NCBI GenBank assembly: GCA_017654855.1
Contig: CM030338.1
Coordinates: 868,001-932,000, forward strand
Source: Podospora anserina
Taxonomy: Eukaryota
DNA: 64,000 nt
Direction: 5' to 3'
Below the pieces are notes generated by a model. It ran no database searches and was not told the DNA's origin. It saw only the letters and a program-made list of their open reading frames with translations. Within the stretch, counting starts at the first letter, position 1. The number at the start of each line of letters is the position of its first letter. Positions 50,477 to 61,558 of this stretch are shown one piece after another. The position numbers were made by a program, and so were the translations under genes.

Positions 50477-51757
50477 GTCTCACGAGTATTATGACGACGT
50501 TGGAACATGAAGTTATCCTGTCCTCCGAATCGAACGAAATATTGATGGAGTATCCAGTCCACCTCGTGAGCGTGTGGAAATCAACTGGAGCTCAGGGCAA
50601 GAGGAGTGAGTGTCTTCCCAAGGGTGGAGCGACTGTAGAGGAGGCATCGGTTTTTCTTTCTTCATCACAGCAGGTCGGCATTGTTTTGCATGGCAATGGC
50701 GTTTCTGGCGGGCACAAGGTGTGTAACACCCAGGGTCGGGCTGGGCCTTTGGTTTTTTGTATGAGTAGTTCAGCATGCATTGTCCGGCATGTATAGGATG
50801 GAGTTGGCGGACATCAACAACACAACAAGCAAGACGGAAGGGCGGACTGGGAAATGGGCTGTAGAAAGGGTAGGGTGTACAAAAATGGATCATAATACAG
50901 GCATTAGGTTGGCTGACCTGACTGCCAGCATGAAGATGGCAACCAGCGTGTCCTTCTATCCGAGATCACTTCGTGATGTGACGCGTGAGTACCTTGGTAC
51001 CTCAAGAGTGGAAGACTCGGTTGAGGAGTCTAGCCGGCTGATTTGACAAAGTGTTGCCTCACAGAGATGGAGCTGATGGACACCCTGTGGAAAATACAAA
51101 TATGCAGCAGGCACCCGTTTTCCAGGTTTCCTCCCCTCTTTCTCTCTGTTCTTCATCAGTGTCGCTTTTTTTGTTGGATCCGAAAAAGGAAATTCCAGAT
51201 AATGGGGGAGCACCCACCCATGCACGGACCACTGCTGCATTGATTTTCTGGCTGATCTCGCTCTGATCCAGGGGGAAAGAAGGGAAAGCACGGACCATTT
51301 TTTGGCTCCAAAACGCATTGGCCGCAACCAAGCGCATCCAACGGCAACAAAAGTTGGAATCACAGCGCGCATTTTTCTGGCAGCGATTGCGCCGCCAATT
51401 CACGGCTGGGTTTTGCGCATCAAAAGTGGGCGATGTTTTCCCTTTACCCAAAAAAATCTGGCCACACACCCCCCGGTCTCCCAACCTGAAAAAGGTTTAG
51501 TGCCCTTTTTTTGTGTCCTGCCTGCTGCGCAAAGTGAATCAGTGATTGTGAGGTGCTCCCGTGTGTGGTTCCCCGCCTGCGGCTTTGGAAGTTACCTGCT
51601 GTATTTATTTCCCAACTCTCCCTCTCTCTCACTCTTGCCAACTTCTCACTTTACTGCTTCATCCATCAATCGCTTTTAGTATCGTCGATTTCTTTATCGT
51701 CGATTTCTTCATCAACAAGTATCCATCTCAACTACTTTTTAACAAACCTTCATCAAG

Positions 51758-52426
<669 letters not shown>

Positions 52427-52815
52427 ACACCTCCGCCGATTACCTATTGATAATCAAAGCGTGTTTTCTCTTTATTCGCGGTCGGTTTTTTCACAACATA
52501 TTTGGCATGATGGACACACAACCAGATCAGGGATGGTGGTTATAAGCTCTGTGTTTTTCAGGCTGGCGTTTATGGAATACTCGGGAGGGAGGGGGGAAAC
52601 ATTCATGGCGATGAATGATTTGCAATACCAGGCAGAAGAACGAATGAACATAATACCTTACTTTTGTGTTTAGACTTGAAATGTGATGTGATGATATTAT
52701 GGTGTTTTTGGGTATCTAACAACCATGTCCTCTTCCAACAACGAACGTGTGTGTGATCATTCGTGTCTTGGGGGTATCTGACTGTCCTCTTCTACCGACG
52801 CGTGATCCTCACTGT

Positions 52816-53346
52816 CTAAAGATACTTCCTCCCCGCCGCCGCAACCCTCTGCCTAAAAACCGGACTCCTAATCTCCATATTCGGCGCCTTGTAAAACGGG
52901 CTCATGACCGCCTTTACATAATTCTCGTACACCTCCCCCATAAAATTCTTGATGGCCTCCTCCGTCTGGGGAGACGTAGGATTCGCCCCGACAGAAGTAG
53001 AGTTCACCCTCGACGAGGCGGCCGCCTGCGCCGTGTTGGCCTCCCCGTTGGCGGCGGGGACAGAAGTGGTGGGCTGGTGAAGTAGCAGAAATTTGACGTT
53101 GGAGGCGGTGACGAAGGCGGAGATGTAGTTTTGGAAGAACTTGTCGATTACTTTTAGGTAGAGGCCTGGCTGGGTCCACTGGAGCTCCTCGACGATGTCG
53201 AGGGAGGAGTGGAGGATGAACTGGTTGAGGTGGCGGGCTTGGTCAGTGAAGCGGGGGTGGCCGTCGCCGCCGGATTTGGAGGTGCCGAATTCATGTTCGA
53301 AGAGGGGGGTGTCGAGGGGGGAGAGGATGGCGAAGTAGTAGGACAT
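52816..53346 (-). CDS. TRS20: TRAPP complex subunit Trs20/sedlin (TRAPPC2)
   Basis: MSYYFAIL..DTPLFEHEF, HLNQFILHSSLDIVEE, LYLKVIDKF, ISAFVTASNVKFLLLH, VYENYVKAVMSPFY, IRSPVF..KYL. Confidence 0.93.
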   Translation of the reverse strand: MSYYFAILSPLDTPLFEHEFGTSKSGGDGHPRFTDQARHLNQFILHSSLDIVEELQWTQPGLYLKVIDKFFQNYISAFVTASNVKFLLLHQPTTSVPAANGEANTAQAAASSRVNSTSVGANPTSPQTEEAIKNFMGEVYENYVKAVMSPFYKAPNMEIRSPVFRQRVAAAGRKYL

Positions 53347-53810
53347 CTTTTCGGGCTCTGTCTAGTAGGAGGTATCGGGGGATAGAGGGGAGTGGTTGCG
53401 CCGGGATCGTTCGCCGTGTGGGGGTTTGGTATGTTGATTTCGTGTGGGTGTGTTCAGTCGGAATCGATAGTCTTCATCATCGGCCGATCAGGGGCTGGGT
53501 ATCAGTCAAGCGTATTGGAGAGTCTTGGATGTTGGAGATAGCTTCAGCATTTCATCGATAAGCCGGACAGGACAGCTCCAGAAGGTCACCCATCCCAGGC
53601 GCTAACGCTGCAAGGCGGCAGCTGGGAGTGGGTCGCGGGGTGCCCCACAAATCAATCAACAGGGCGCTCGGCGCCCAGTGATTGGCCTGCCGCCGGCGAG
53701 CCACGATTTTTTGGAAAAGAGGCCCGCCACCGACAAAGTCCCGAGCGGTTTGAACGTCTGAGTCTCTCCAACCCCCCCCCTCCCCAAACCCCAGCAGACA
53801 AACGGTCAAC

Positions 53811-54264
53811 ATGTTTGGGGCCTTCAGAGCGACGAATTCCCTGAGCGGGGGTCTTCTATGGTAATACAGAACTATCCACCGAGAAATATGTCACGGGCAA
53901 CGGGGCTGACGCAAAAACAGGAAGATCCCATGGCGCCTCTCCCCCACGCAAAAGTACCGCCAACGACAGAGGCTAAAGGCCGTCGATAAAGTCGTCGAGA
54001 CACTGAGCACGGCGCTGGCGAAGAAGGGCGAGACGGTCAAGTCGTTGGAGCGGTGGAAGGCCGAGATGCCTACCGAGGCTGAGATGCTGGCGAAGGACAA
54101 GTACACCATTTTCGACCGGAAAGAGAAGAGATACCGTAAGGGCATTCACAGTACGTGGGATTTATACAGGATTTGGGTAAGGCTGGTATTGGCGGCTAAC
54201 ATGGACTCTAGAACTCCCCAAGTGGACTCGCGTGTCGCAAAGACTCAACCCACCTGGTTTCTAA
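53811..54264 (+). CDS. MRPL31: Mitochondrial large ribosomal subunit protein L31 (mL60), 3 exons
   Basis: Exons 53811-53860, 53921-54150, 54212-54264 give MFGAFRATNSLSGGLLWKIPWRLS...[36 protein letters not shown]. Confidence 0.92.
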
Positions 54265-54592
54265 ACGAGAGACGATGGGCGTAGGCTTGGGCATGTATAT
54301 CCTGTGTATTATACCAAATGAAATCCAAGGCGTTTATGATGGGATTTGATAGAACAAAATCGATATTCTAAACCACACTTGATGTTTAATCACAAGGTCC
54401 AGACAGGAGCCCGGGCTCCGTGGGTGATTGATCAGGATTCACATCAGCTATACAGCCTTCTAATAGTCGGCCAATGCAGGCCTGGAAGTAACACATTATG
54501 TCTGTCGTACGTGGAAAATCATTCTTTGATGTTTCCAGGGTATCAAGTTCCGATCAGTTGGCCAGCGCAACCAGTCAACAATCTTAGCCCAC

Positions 54593-55289
54593 CTATCTCA
54601 GCCGTCCGTCATCAACAAAGTCCTTGCCTTCACGCTCCCGCGCGATAGCGCGGCCGAGGCCACCGCGACCTTCATCGTAATCTTCGCGGTACTCGTCACG
54701 CACCTGTCCTCCCGACTTTCCGCGGCCATACTGTCGGCCCTCCTCGAAACCAGGATCCAGATCCGTTCTAATGATACGTTCGTCCAGCTTGGTTCCTCCA
54801 ATATACTTCATACAATCCAGCGCATCCTGATGTGTGTAGTACTCAACAAAGCAGAACCCACACGGCGTCTTGTTGAATCTGTCGAGCCCCATGACCAATC
54901 GCTTGATTTCGCCACATTTGCTGAAAAGCTCGTACACTTGCTCCTCGGTGGTGAAGAAGGACCTAAACAACAGTCAGCCTTGTAGACCTCGGGGGGCTTC
55001 GCGTCGAGAGAGGGGGGACTTGCAGGTTGCCCACATAAAGAGTGGTGGCATTCTTCAACGGGTCGTCGTCCTCCCGATTCTCGGGGTGCATGCCTGCTGT
55101 GTCGTCATCGCCATCACGTTGGTCCTTGTCGAATCGTCTTCGCTTGTGCTGTACAGTAGTTGCAGTGGTTAGATGCCATGTCTTTGCGGAAGTCGAAGCT
55201 AAAGTCAGACGAGGGAAACTCACTCTGGCGTTGTTAAAGTAGGCGCTTGGGCGGTCAAGACGGTCTACTGTGGCGCGTACTGCTCTCAT
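54593..55289 (-). CDS. CBC2: Nuclear cap-binding complex small subunit (CBP20), 3 exons
   Basis: Exons 55289-55224, 55148-55024, 54962-54593. [23 protein letters not shown]...[12 protein letters not shown]...[18 protein letters not shown]. Intron 2 needs a GC donor. Confidence 0.95.
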
Positions 55290-55736
55290 CTTGATGGGTA
55301 TATTTTTCGTGATGAATGTTTGTTGAAAGTTGAACCGTTGCCTCAGCCCGTCGCATCTCTCAGCGACTTTCAATTCTAGGTGGGCCCCTGCGGCAGCGCA
55401 CCGGACAGGGGTGGGTCCAGTGATAGCATTGCCAAGACACCTGTGCCTGCCACAAAATCAAAAGCTAGCGAGCTGGCCGGGCGACGCCAGAGGAACGCGC
55501 TAAGAGAACCAGCAGCTCCTTTGAAGAGCTTCCATTTCCAGCCATCTCGAACAAATCAGCCCTGCTTCTTTTTTTGCTGTATGCTTTGGGCACTGTCAAC
55601 TGTTTGATCACATCACACCCTGACGCATCTTGCCAGTCCTCACTCTTTCCGCGATATCGATTTCGATTTGACGACAGTTTGGACAAAGCAAAACCTTGCA
55701 ATCGCCACACTACCACGCCCTGCGCTGGCAGCGAAC

Positions 55737-58467
55737 ATGCCCAGAGTCAAAAGCTTCGCGCCCAGTTGGCTGAATGAGCCCAGCCCAGGCCATAAGCTCT
55801 TTGAGCCCTCCAGCGACGAAACGAAAACCTCTTCTTTGGCATATAACAAGAAACCGAAGCCAGGCCCCCGGAGAGCTATTGCGCATCGAGGAACTGAAGT
55901 TTTTGTGGCTGTGGGGAAGCAGATAAGATGGGGAGATTTGGTCGACCTGAAGGAATCTTGGGAGACCAAGCAGGCGCGTACGGGTGGTGTTCGCTTCAAG
56001 AAGGAACCAAACGACTTTGAGGTCTACGATGAGGAGGCTGCCAACGGAAATTCTGGTCCAGAGGGGTACAGGGTAAGCAGTCGTGCCGGTCCTGGCGTCG
56101 TCGGTGTAGCTCTGTTGCTCATCATCTGTCGCATAGATCATCAAAACACCCGTTGCCGAAGACATTCGCCAGCTGGTCATGTCCCCAAACAACGACTTTC
56201 TCGCCGTCTTGACGTCTCACACTGTTCACATTTGCATTCTTCCCGACTCGACCCATCTCAACGCCCGCGATTCGACTCCTTTCAAGCCCAAGTTTTATAC
56301 GCTCGGGCCTACTACTCACGTCACTTCTCGATCGGCCGTCGTCTCGGCAATCTGGCATCCGTTGGGTGTTAATGGCACAGCGCTGGTCACTGTTACCGAG
56401 GATGCTGTCGTGCGGATCTGGGAGTTGTCAGCCACTGACCGCTGGAGCTTTGACGCCGCCACCTTGGCTGTCGACCTCAAAAGGCTGGCAGATGGAACCT
56501 GTGTGGATCAGGACTTTAGTGCCTCTGTATCAGCGACAAACAAGGCGTTCTCGCCAGATTCTTTTGACATGGAAGTCGCGGCAGCATGCTTCCCAGCTAG
56601 AAACTCCGGTGGCTGGTCGCCAATGACTCTGTGGATTGCTATGACGGGAGGCGACGTGTACGCCCTGTGCCCTCTTCTTCCCAAGCGTTGGGCTCCGCCT
56701 CCAACACTTATTCCTTCCCTGTCAGTATCGATTGTCTCCAGAGTCGCGACTACGGAGGATAGCCCAGATGCCACATATGAGGATCGTCTTTTGGCCCAGC
56801 AGCAGCTGCAGTGGATGTCTGATCTGGACAATCAAGAGCCAAAGGTTGTGGAAGCTCCCGGTGGAAATGGCGAGGTGGAAGTTTACAGCCGGCCAGCTCG
56901 TCCGGGAATTGTTCCAAAATTACAGGGACCTTTCGACTTTGACCTAAACCCCGAGGACGAGCAGGACGATGAGGTTGAACTAAAAGACATCTACGTCGTT
57001 GGAGAGAAGCCAAATATGTCGGATCTGATGATGGGAGAAGATGAGGAGCTGCTCATGGATGAAGAGGGGGAGAATGGGCTGTCCCTCTCCGTCGTTTGTC
57101 TGCTGTCTACCAGTGGCCAGGTCAAAATCTGCCTGGCAGCCGAAGGGGTGGAAGCTGAGTGGTTGCCCTCAAAAGTTAAGAGCAAGCTGAGGCCATCTTC
57201 TGCGACCCCCAGAACACAAAGCCTGCTCACTTTTCAGACATTCGACACTGTCAAGCCCGCAGAACTTACGCCCGACAGTTGGCCCATGTTTAGCGAGGAT
57301 GCCACTTCCAAGTATTCCTTTTACGTGACCAACCCTGCCGGCATCACTCATGTCAACCTGGAACCTTGGGTTTCACGCCTCGAAAGTGAGCTCTCGGGCG
57401 AGTCGGAAGCTGGCGCAGATTTTCGCATTGATGTGTTGGTTCAGAGTCATAGCTCAGAGCGGGAGCGAGTGTTTACTCAGCCTCGAGGGCTTAATGTGCT
57501 TTCAGCGCCCGTTGTTATTCGCGACCAAGACATTGGTCACCTTCTGCTCTCATCCACTCATAATCAGCCCATCGCCATCTTTTTCGACACGCCAGAGCTT
57601 GAGCTCGTGCATGTTGCAAGAGACTCGCCGATTGTCCATGAGCAATTGGAAATTCCTGAGCCAGAAGTGGTGTGGCACCCCCGGCCTGTTTTCCATCCCT
57701 CGGATGTGCTGGTTAGCAACAAAAACGCCGTGTCGGCGTGGGTTGATCTTCTCAAGACGGGTCGGAGAAGACCGTTGCTACAGCAGGAGATCAGGTTGTC
57801 CATGGCGACGCTTGAAGTGTTCACGGAGGGTCACAAGGTAGCTAGCAACGAGGTGTTTGAGATCCAGAACGCGGTAGCGGAACTGTTCAGGAAGTGCGAA
57901 GCGCTTCAGTTTGAACTCAGAGACCAGCTGATCAAGGCAGGGGAGGTCAAGAAGAGAATTGATACGATCACGGGCGATGACCTAGGAGAGGAAGACGACG
58001 ATCCTATTTCGATCAACGAGCTCACCAGGTCACGCATTGATCAAGCGCAGAGACGCCAGGAGGAATTGGCCAGCAGGATGGAAAGGATCAAGAAGAAGCT
58101 CGGCCGCGCCACGACTCGCGACCTGAGCGACAAGGAGAAGGCTTGGGTGGAGGAGGTGAAGGGCTTTGAGAATAGCATCTTTGGATCCGAAGTCGATACC
58201 TCGCCCATTGACTCCAAGACCAGACAGCCCTGGAAGCGGTTCGAAGAGATTAAGGAGCTCAGCGACTCGCTTCTGGCGCAGGCCGAGCGGCTGCAACGGA
58301 AACAAGGAGAGGCGTCTGAAGACGGGCCCGCCTCGCCGGCGCCTAGCGTGAGGATCCCCGCGGATATCCGCAAGGCGAAGATGGCACAAGTCATGAGCTT
58401 GTTGGATAGGGAGTCGATGATGGTAGATGCCGTGAAGGATCGGCTTGAGAGATTGACGGTTGGGTGA
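55737..58467 (+). CDS. NUP82: Nucleoporin Nup82/Nup88 family (beta-propeller + C-terminal coiled coil)
   Basis: Exon 1 55737-56072, intron 56073-56136, exon 2 in frame with the 762-aa ORF. Segments IRQLVMSPNNDFLAV, AIWHPLG, GDVYALCP, LQGPF; coiled-coil tail with LSDKEKAW. Confidence 0.85.
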
Positions 58468-59953
58468 AGGGCTTATGCAGGCAAAAAAAACGTGCTGTTA
58501 GATGATACTAGGTAGCCTAATACAACAATCAATTGTTACGCCAAGGGGTGACAGGGCACCATCCCCGGCATTGTGAAGGGCAATTGGCTTCTGAATCCTT
58601 CGGTACAAGCATAAAAGGTCACGTATATGCTCAAGCAGCCCTACAATGCCGGGAAGGACGGATCTTGACATTTTGCTCGGCATCAAAACTGAAGCTGAGG
58701 TGCGACGATCGTGAACGATTGGACGGGAATTGTTATGATGTGGAGGCCGATGCGGGTGTTCCTGGTTGGTGGCTTGCTTGCCAATTGGACTTCGGGCATG
58801 GATAATTATGTCCAATTGTATCATACTGTAAGTCAATCCCAAGAATTTGGAATTATACAGACTGTGTTGACTCTTGGCTTGGATGGTTAGAATGAGGCTT
58901 GGGGGGCAGATCGATATCACTCACTCTCCGGCGAGCTCGGACACCGCTCTTCGGCATCTTATCGGTCTCTTCACCGCCGGTCAACGCCTGCATCTGCCAC
59001 AGCGGTTAGGGCTGTAAATCACAGAGCAGATATCGATGTGATGGAACGCCTCGAACGAATTTCTCAATGGCACACAAATTTCACAGTCTTCGCAGTCCGG
59101 GTCCACCAAGGTACACAGCATCTCAGTCAGATGTGATATGATCAAGCCGATCGCCAAAAGGCGCGGACCGTGGTTTGTGTCACACACACAGAGCATAAAA
59201 GCGGCTTCATCTTTGCCATCGACATGGCAACACAATAACAATGTCTGCGTCCGTGGCCTTGGATGGATGGTTGAAATACAACAAAGCAATGGTACCCGGC
59301 CGGACACACAACGTCAAGTGACCACCCATTCCGGCTTCGTGCGAGACAAGAACGGTGTCTAGCCGATGGGTACGCTCGTAGTACCTAAGGTATGCCGGCT
59401 GCTCATCTTGGTATTTCTCCTCTTTCCCTCATCCACTCTTTTGCCGGGCGACTGAGCCGCTCAACGACTTCTATATTGACGGCATTGGCATGCAGTGTAT
59501 CTGCTCACCGCGTGGCGGTTAGTTTTTATCCCGGGGCATCCGTATAGTTTGGTACGCTTCGGAAACCCCCAGTTTTCTGTCCTGTCACCTACATATGCAT
59601 CACCCGGGCATGCAAAGTCCGCCTCGTTTTCCACTCGTCCTCGAGAGTCCAGAAACACGGCTCTGTTTCTGTCACCCCCCCTCTCCATTTCCCGAAGGGC
59701 CTCATGCCTTGTCACGGGTGGCCCCTCTTGAGGAAGCACAAACGTTGCCGGTGTGAGACGTTGAGCTTTCTACAAACAGGTATAAGTATGTAGCCCATCC
59801 CTACCTTCGTCCAGTCTTTCTTTCTGGACTTTGAGACTTCAGTCATATCATCACCAGCTCGTCTACCCGGGGTTGGATTACCCAATGCTAGTACCCTCTT
59901 ATTACTTTGACTCTGCCCAGAAAACACCTACCCGGCACCATCTCAGCTCGAGC

Positions 59954-61558
59954 ATGGCTCCCATGGCTCCTCCGCCAGCATTTGACTTGCGTTCTCAGGT
60001 TATTGGTACGTTTACTCACCGCTATATGTCCTACATCGAAGTCAAGCTGTTCCCTGCAGGTTTGTCAGTCTCAGCCACTAATATGGTCTCCTCCCCAGAA
60101 AACTGCAAGTTCTTCAGTCGTCAGGATGCGGACATCTCGTTGGTCACGGCACTGGAACCTCTGGGCAAGTTCAAGGCCCTGGTCCTGAGAGCCGAGCAGG
60201 GCGAGCGGGAGGTCCTCATGTCCGAACTCGCACCTTCTCTCCAAGAGGCCATCCACGGCCTTCACGTCAAGTCTGCCACGGCTGTGCAGAACTACATATC
60301 TACCAATGGATACGTCTTTGCCCCCAGCCTCAAGAAGAAGCGGAGCCTCAAGCCCTCGAGTGACGACAGCGAGGACGGAAGCGACAGCGACACTGCCTCT
60401 GTTTCTTCGACTGTGACGGTTGACCAGTCCCCTTCCACCACCTACGAGGAGGAGTCCTTCTCAGACAACGAGACCGTCTCCGTCACCTCGACTGGTCTGC
60501 TCAAGAAGCGCGCCAGGGGTAAACCAGCCAGGATTTCCAACCCATACACCCAAGCACCCCCCAAATCCCAACCCGCCCGCCGCTCTCGCTCCCGTTCCCG
60601 GTCCCCCGCCCGATCTCGCTCCCGCTCAAGGTCATCTGATGAATCCTCCGAAAACGAGCTCGACTCGGACGTGCCAACGGTTGTCCCCCTCGCCAACCGC
60701 CGCCCCCCTTTCTTCAACGGCAATGGGTTCTCCCAACGTGTGCGCTGCGTCCCGCCGCGCGGGTTTCAACCCATGATGGCTCCTCCCCCTCCCCCTCCCC
60801 CCGCAGGACCACCCAACCCCCAAGCAGGGCCGCCGTTGGGCTGGGTGATGGGACACCCCCATTCTTACATCACACCACCCCCCCCTGCGGTCCCTACCAC
60901 CAAACCTAACGCCCCTCCCCGCCCCAATGGTACCAATCCCACACCTCATCGACCTAGCGGTCCGCCCCAGCACGACATCCTCCTGCACATTCACTGGCGC
61001 CACCACGGCGAGCAACGCACCCTCGAGCAAGCCCCCCTTTCCGTTCGTTCGCTCCAGGACACAGCCATCGCCTACGTCAGACGCTCTCCGGCGTCGTTCT
61101 CCAACGTGACAACGGCGGATAAATCCCCTGCTCGCCTCTGGCATTTACGGGCAACGGTTGTCAGCGTCCAGGTTGATGGGGAGGACTACGATTTGAGCAA
61201 CTACCCCGGGGATGACCTGACACGGTTTATCTCTGCGTTGGGGCCGAAGGGGGTGGTGAGGTTCGAGGTTGAGGTTGTGTCGATGGGGGGTGAGGGTAAC
61301 CAGGGACAACAGCAGGGGCAGGGGCAGGGGGGCAATTTGCCCGGGATTAGGGCTGTGATGGGGGGTGGGAAGAATGGGAATGGGAACGGGGGGATGAATA
61401 TGTGTTCTTGGCCTATGCCGATGGGGATGGGGATGCCGATGCCGATGCCGGGGGGGATGCCGGTGATGCATATGGGTGCTGCTGCTCCGCCGCCTCCTCC
61501 CCCTCCTCCCCCTCCGCCGCCGCCGCCGAGTGCGGGGACTGGGCAGAGGGAGGAGTAG
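59954..61558 (+). CDS. Hypothetical protein with acidic/Ser tract, RS dipeptide run, poly-Pro tracts and a small C-terminal globular domain
   Basis: Open frame of more than 530 codons with coding-like third-position bias. Start uncertain (ATGs at 59885, 59954, 59963). Possible stopless 54-nt intron 60006-60059. Confidence 0.65.
   Translation: MAPMAPPPAFDLRSQVIGTFTHRYMSYIEVKLFPAGLSVSATNMVSSPENCKFFSRQDADISLVTALEPLGKFKALVLRAEQGEREVLMSELAPSLQEAIHGLHVKSATAVQNYISTNGYVFAPSLKKKRSLKPSSDDSEDGSDSDTASVSSTVTVDQSPSTTYEEESFSDNETVSVTSTGLLKKRARGKPARISNPYTQAPPKSQPARRSRSRSRSPARSRSRSRSSDESSENELDSDVPTVVPLANRRPPFFNGNGFSQRVRCVPPRGFQPMMAPPPPPPPAGPPNPQAGPPLGWVMGHPHSYITPPPPAVPTTKPNAPPRPNGTNPTPHRPSGPPQHDILLHIHWRHHGEQRTLEQAPLSVRSLQDTAIAYVRRSPASFSNVTTADKSPARLWHLRATVVSVQVDGEDYDLSNYPGDDLTRFISALGPKGVVRFEVEVVSMGGEGNQGQQQGQGQGGNLPGIRAVMGGGKNGNGNGGMNMCSWPMPMGMGMPMPMPGGMPVMHMGAAAPPPPPPPPPPPPPPSAGTGQREE

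Noticed and set aside
58981..59307. Cys-rich 108-aa minus-strand ORF
   Set aside because: Non-ATG start, no coding bias, no recognisable zinc-finger spacing.
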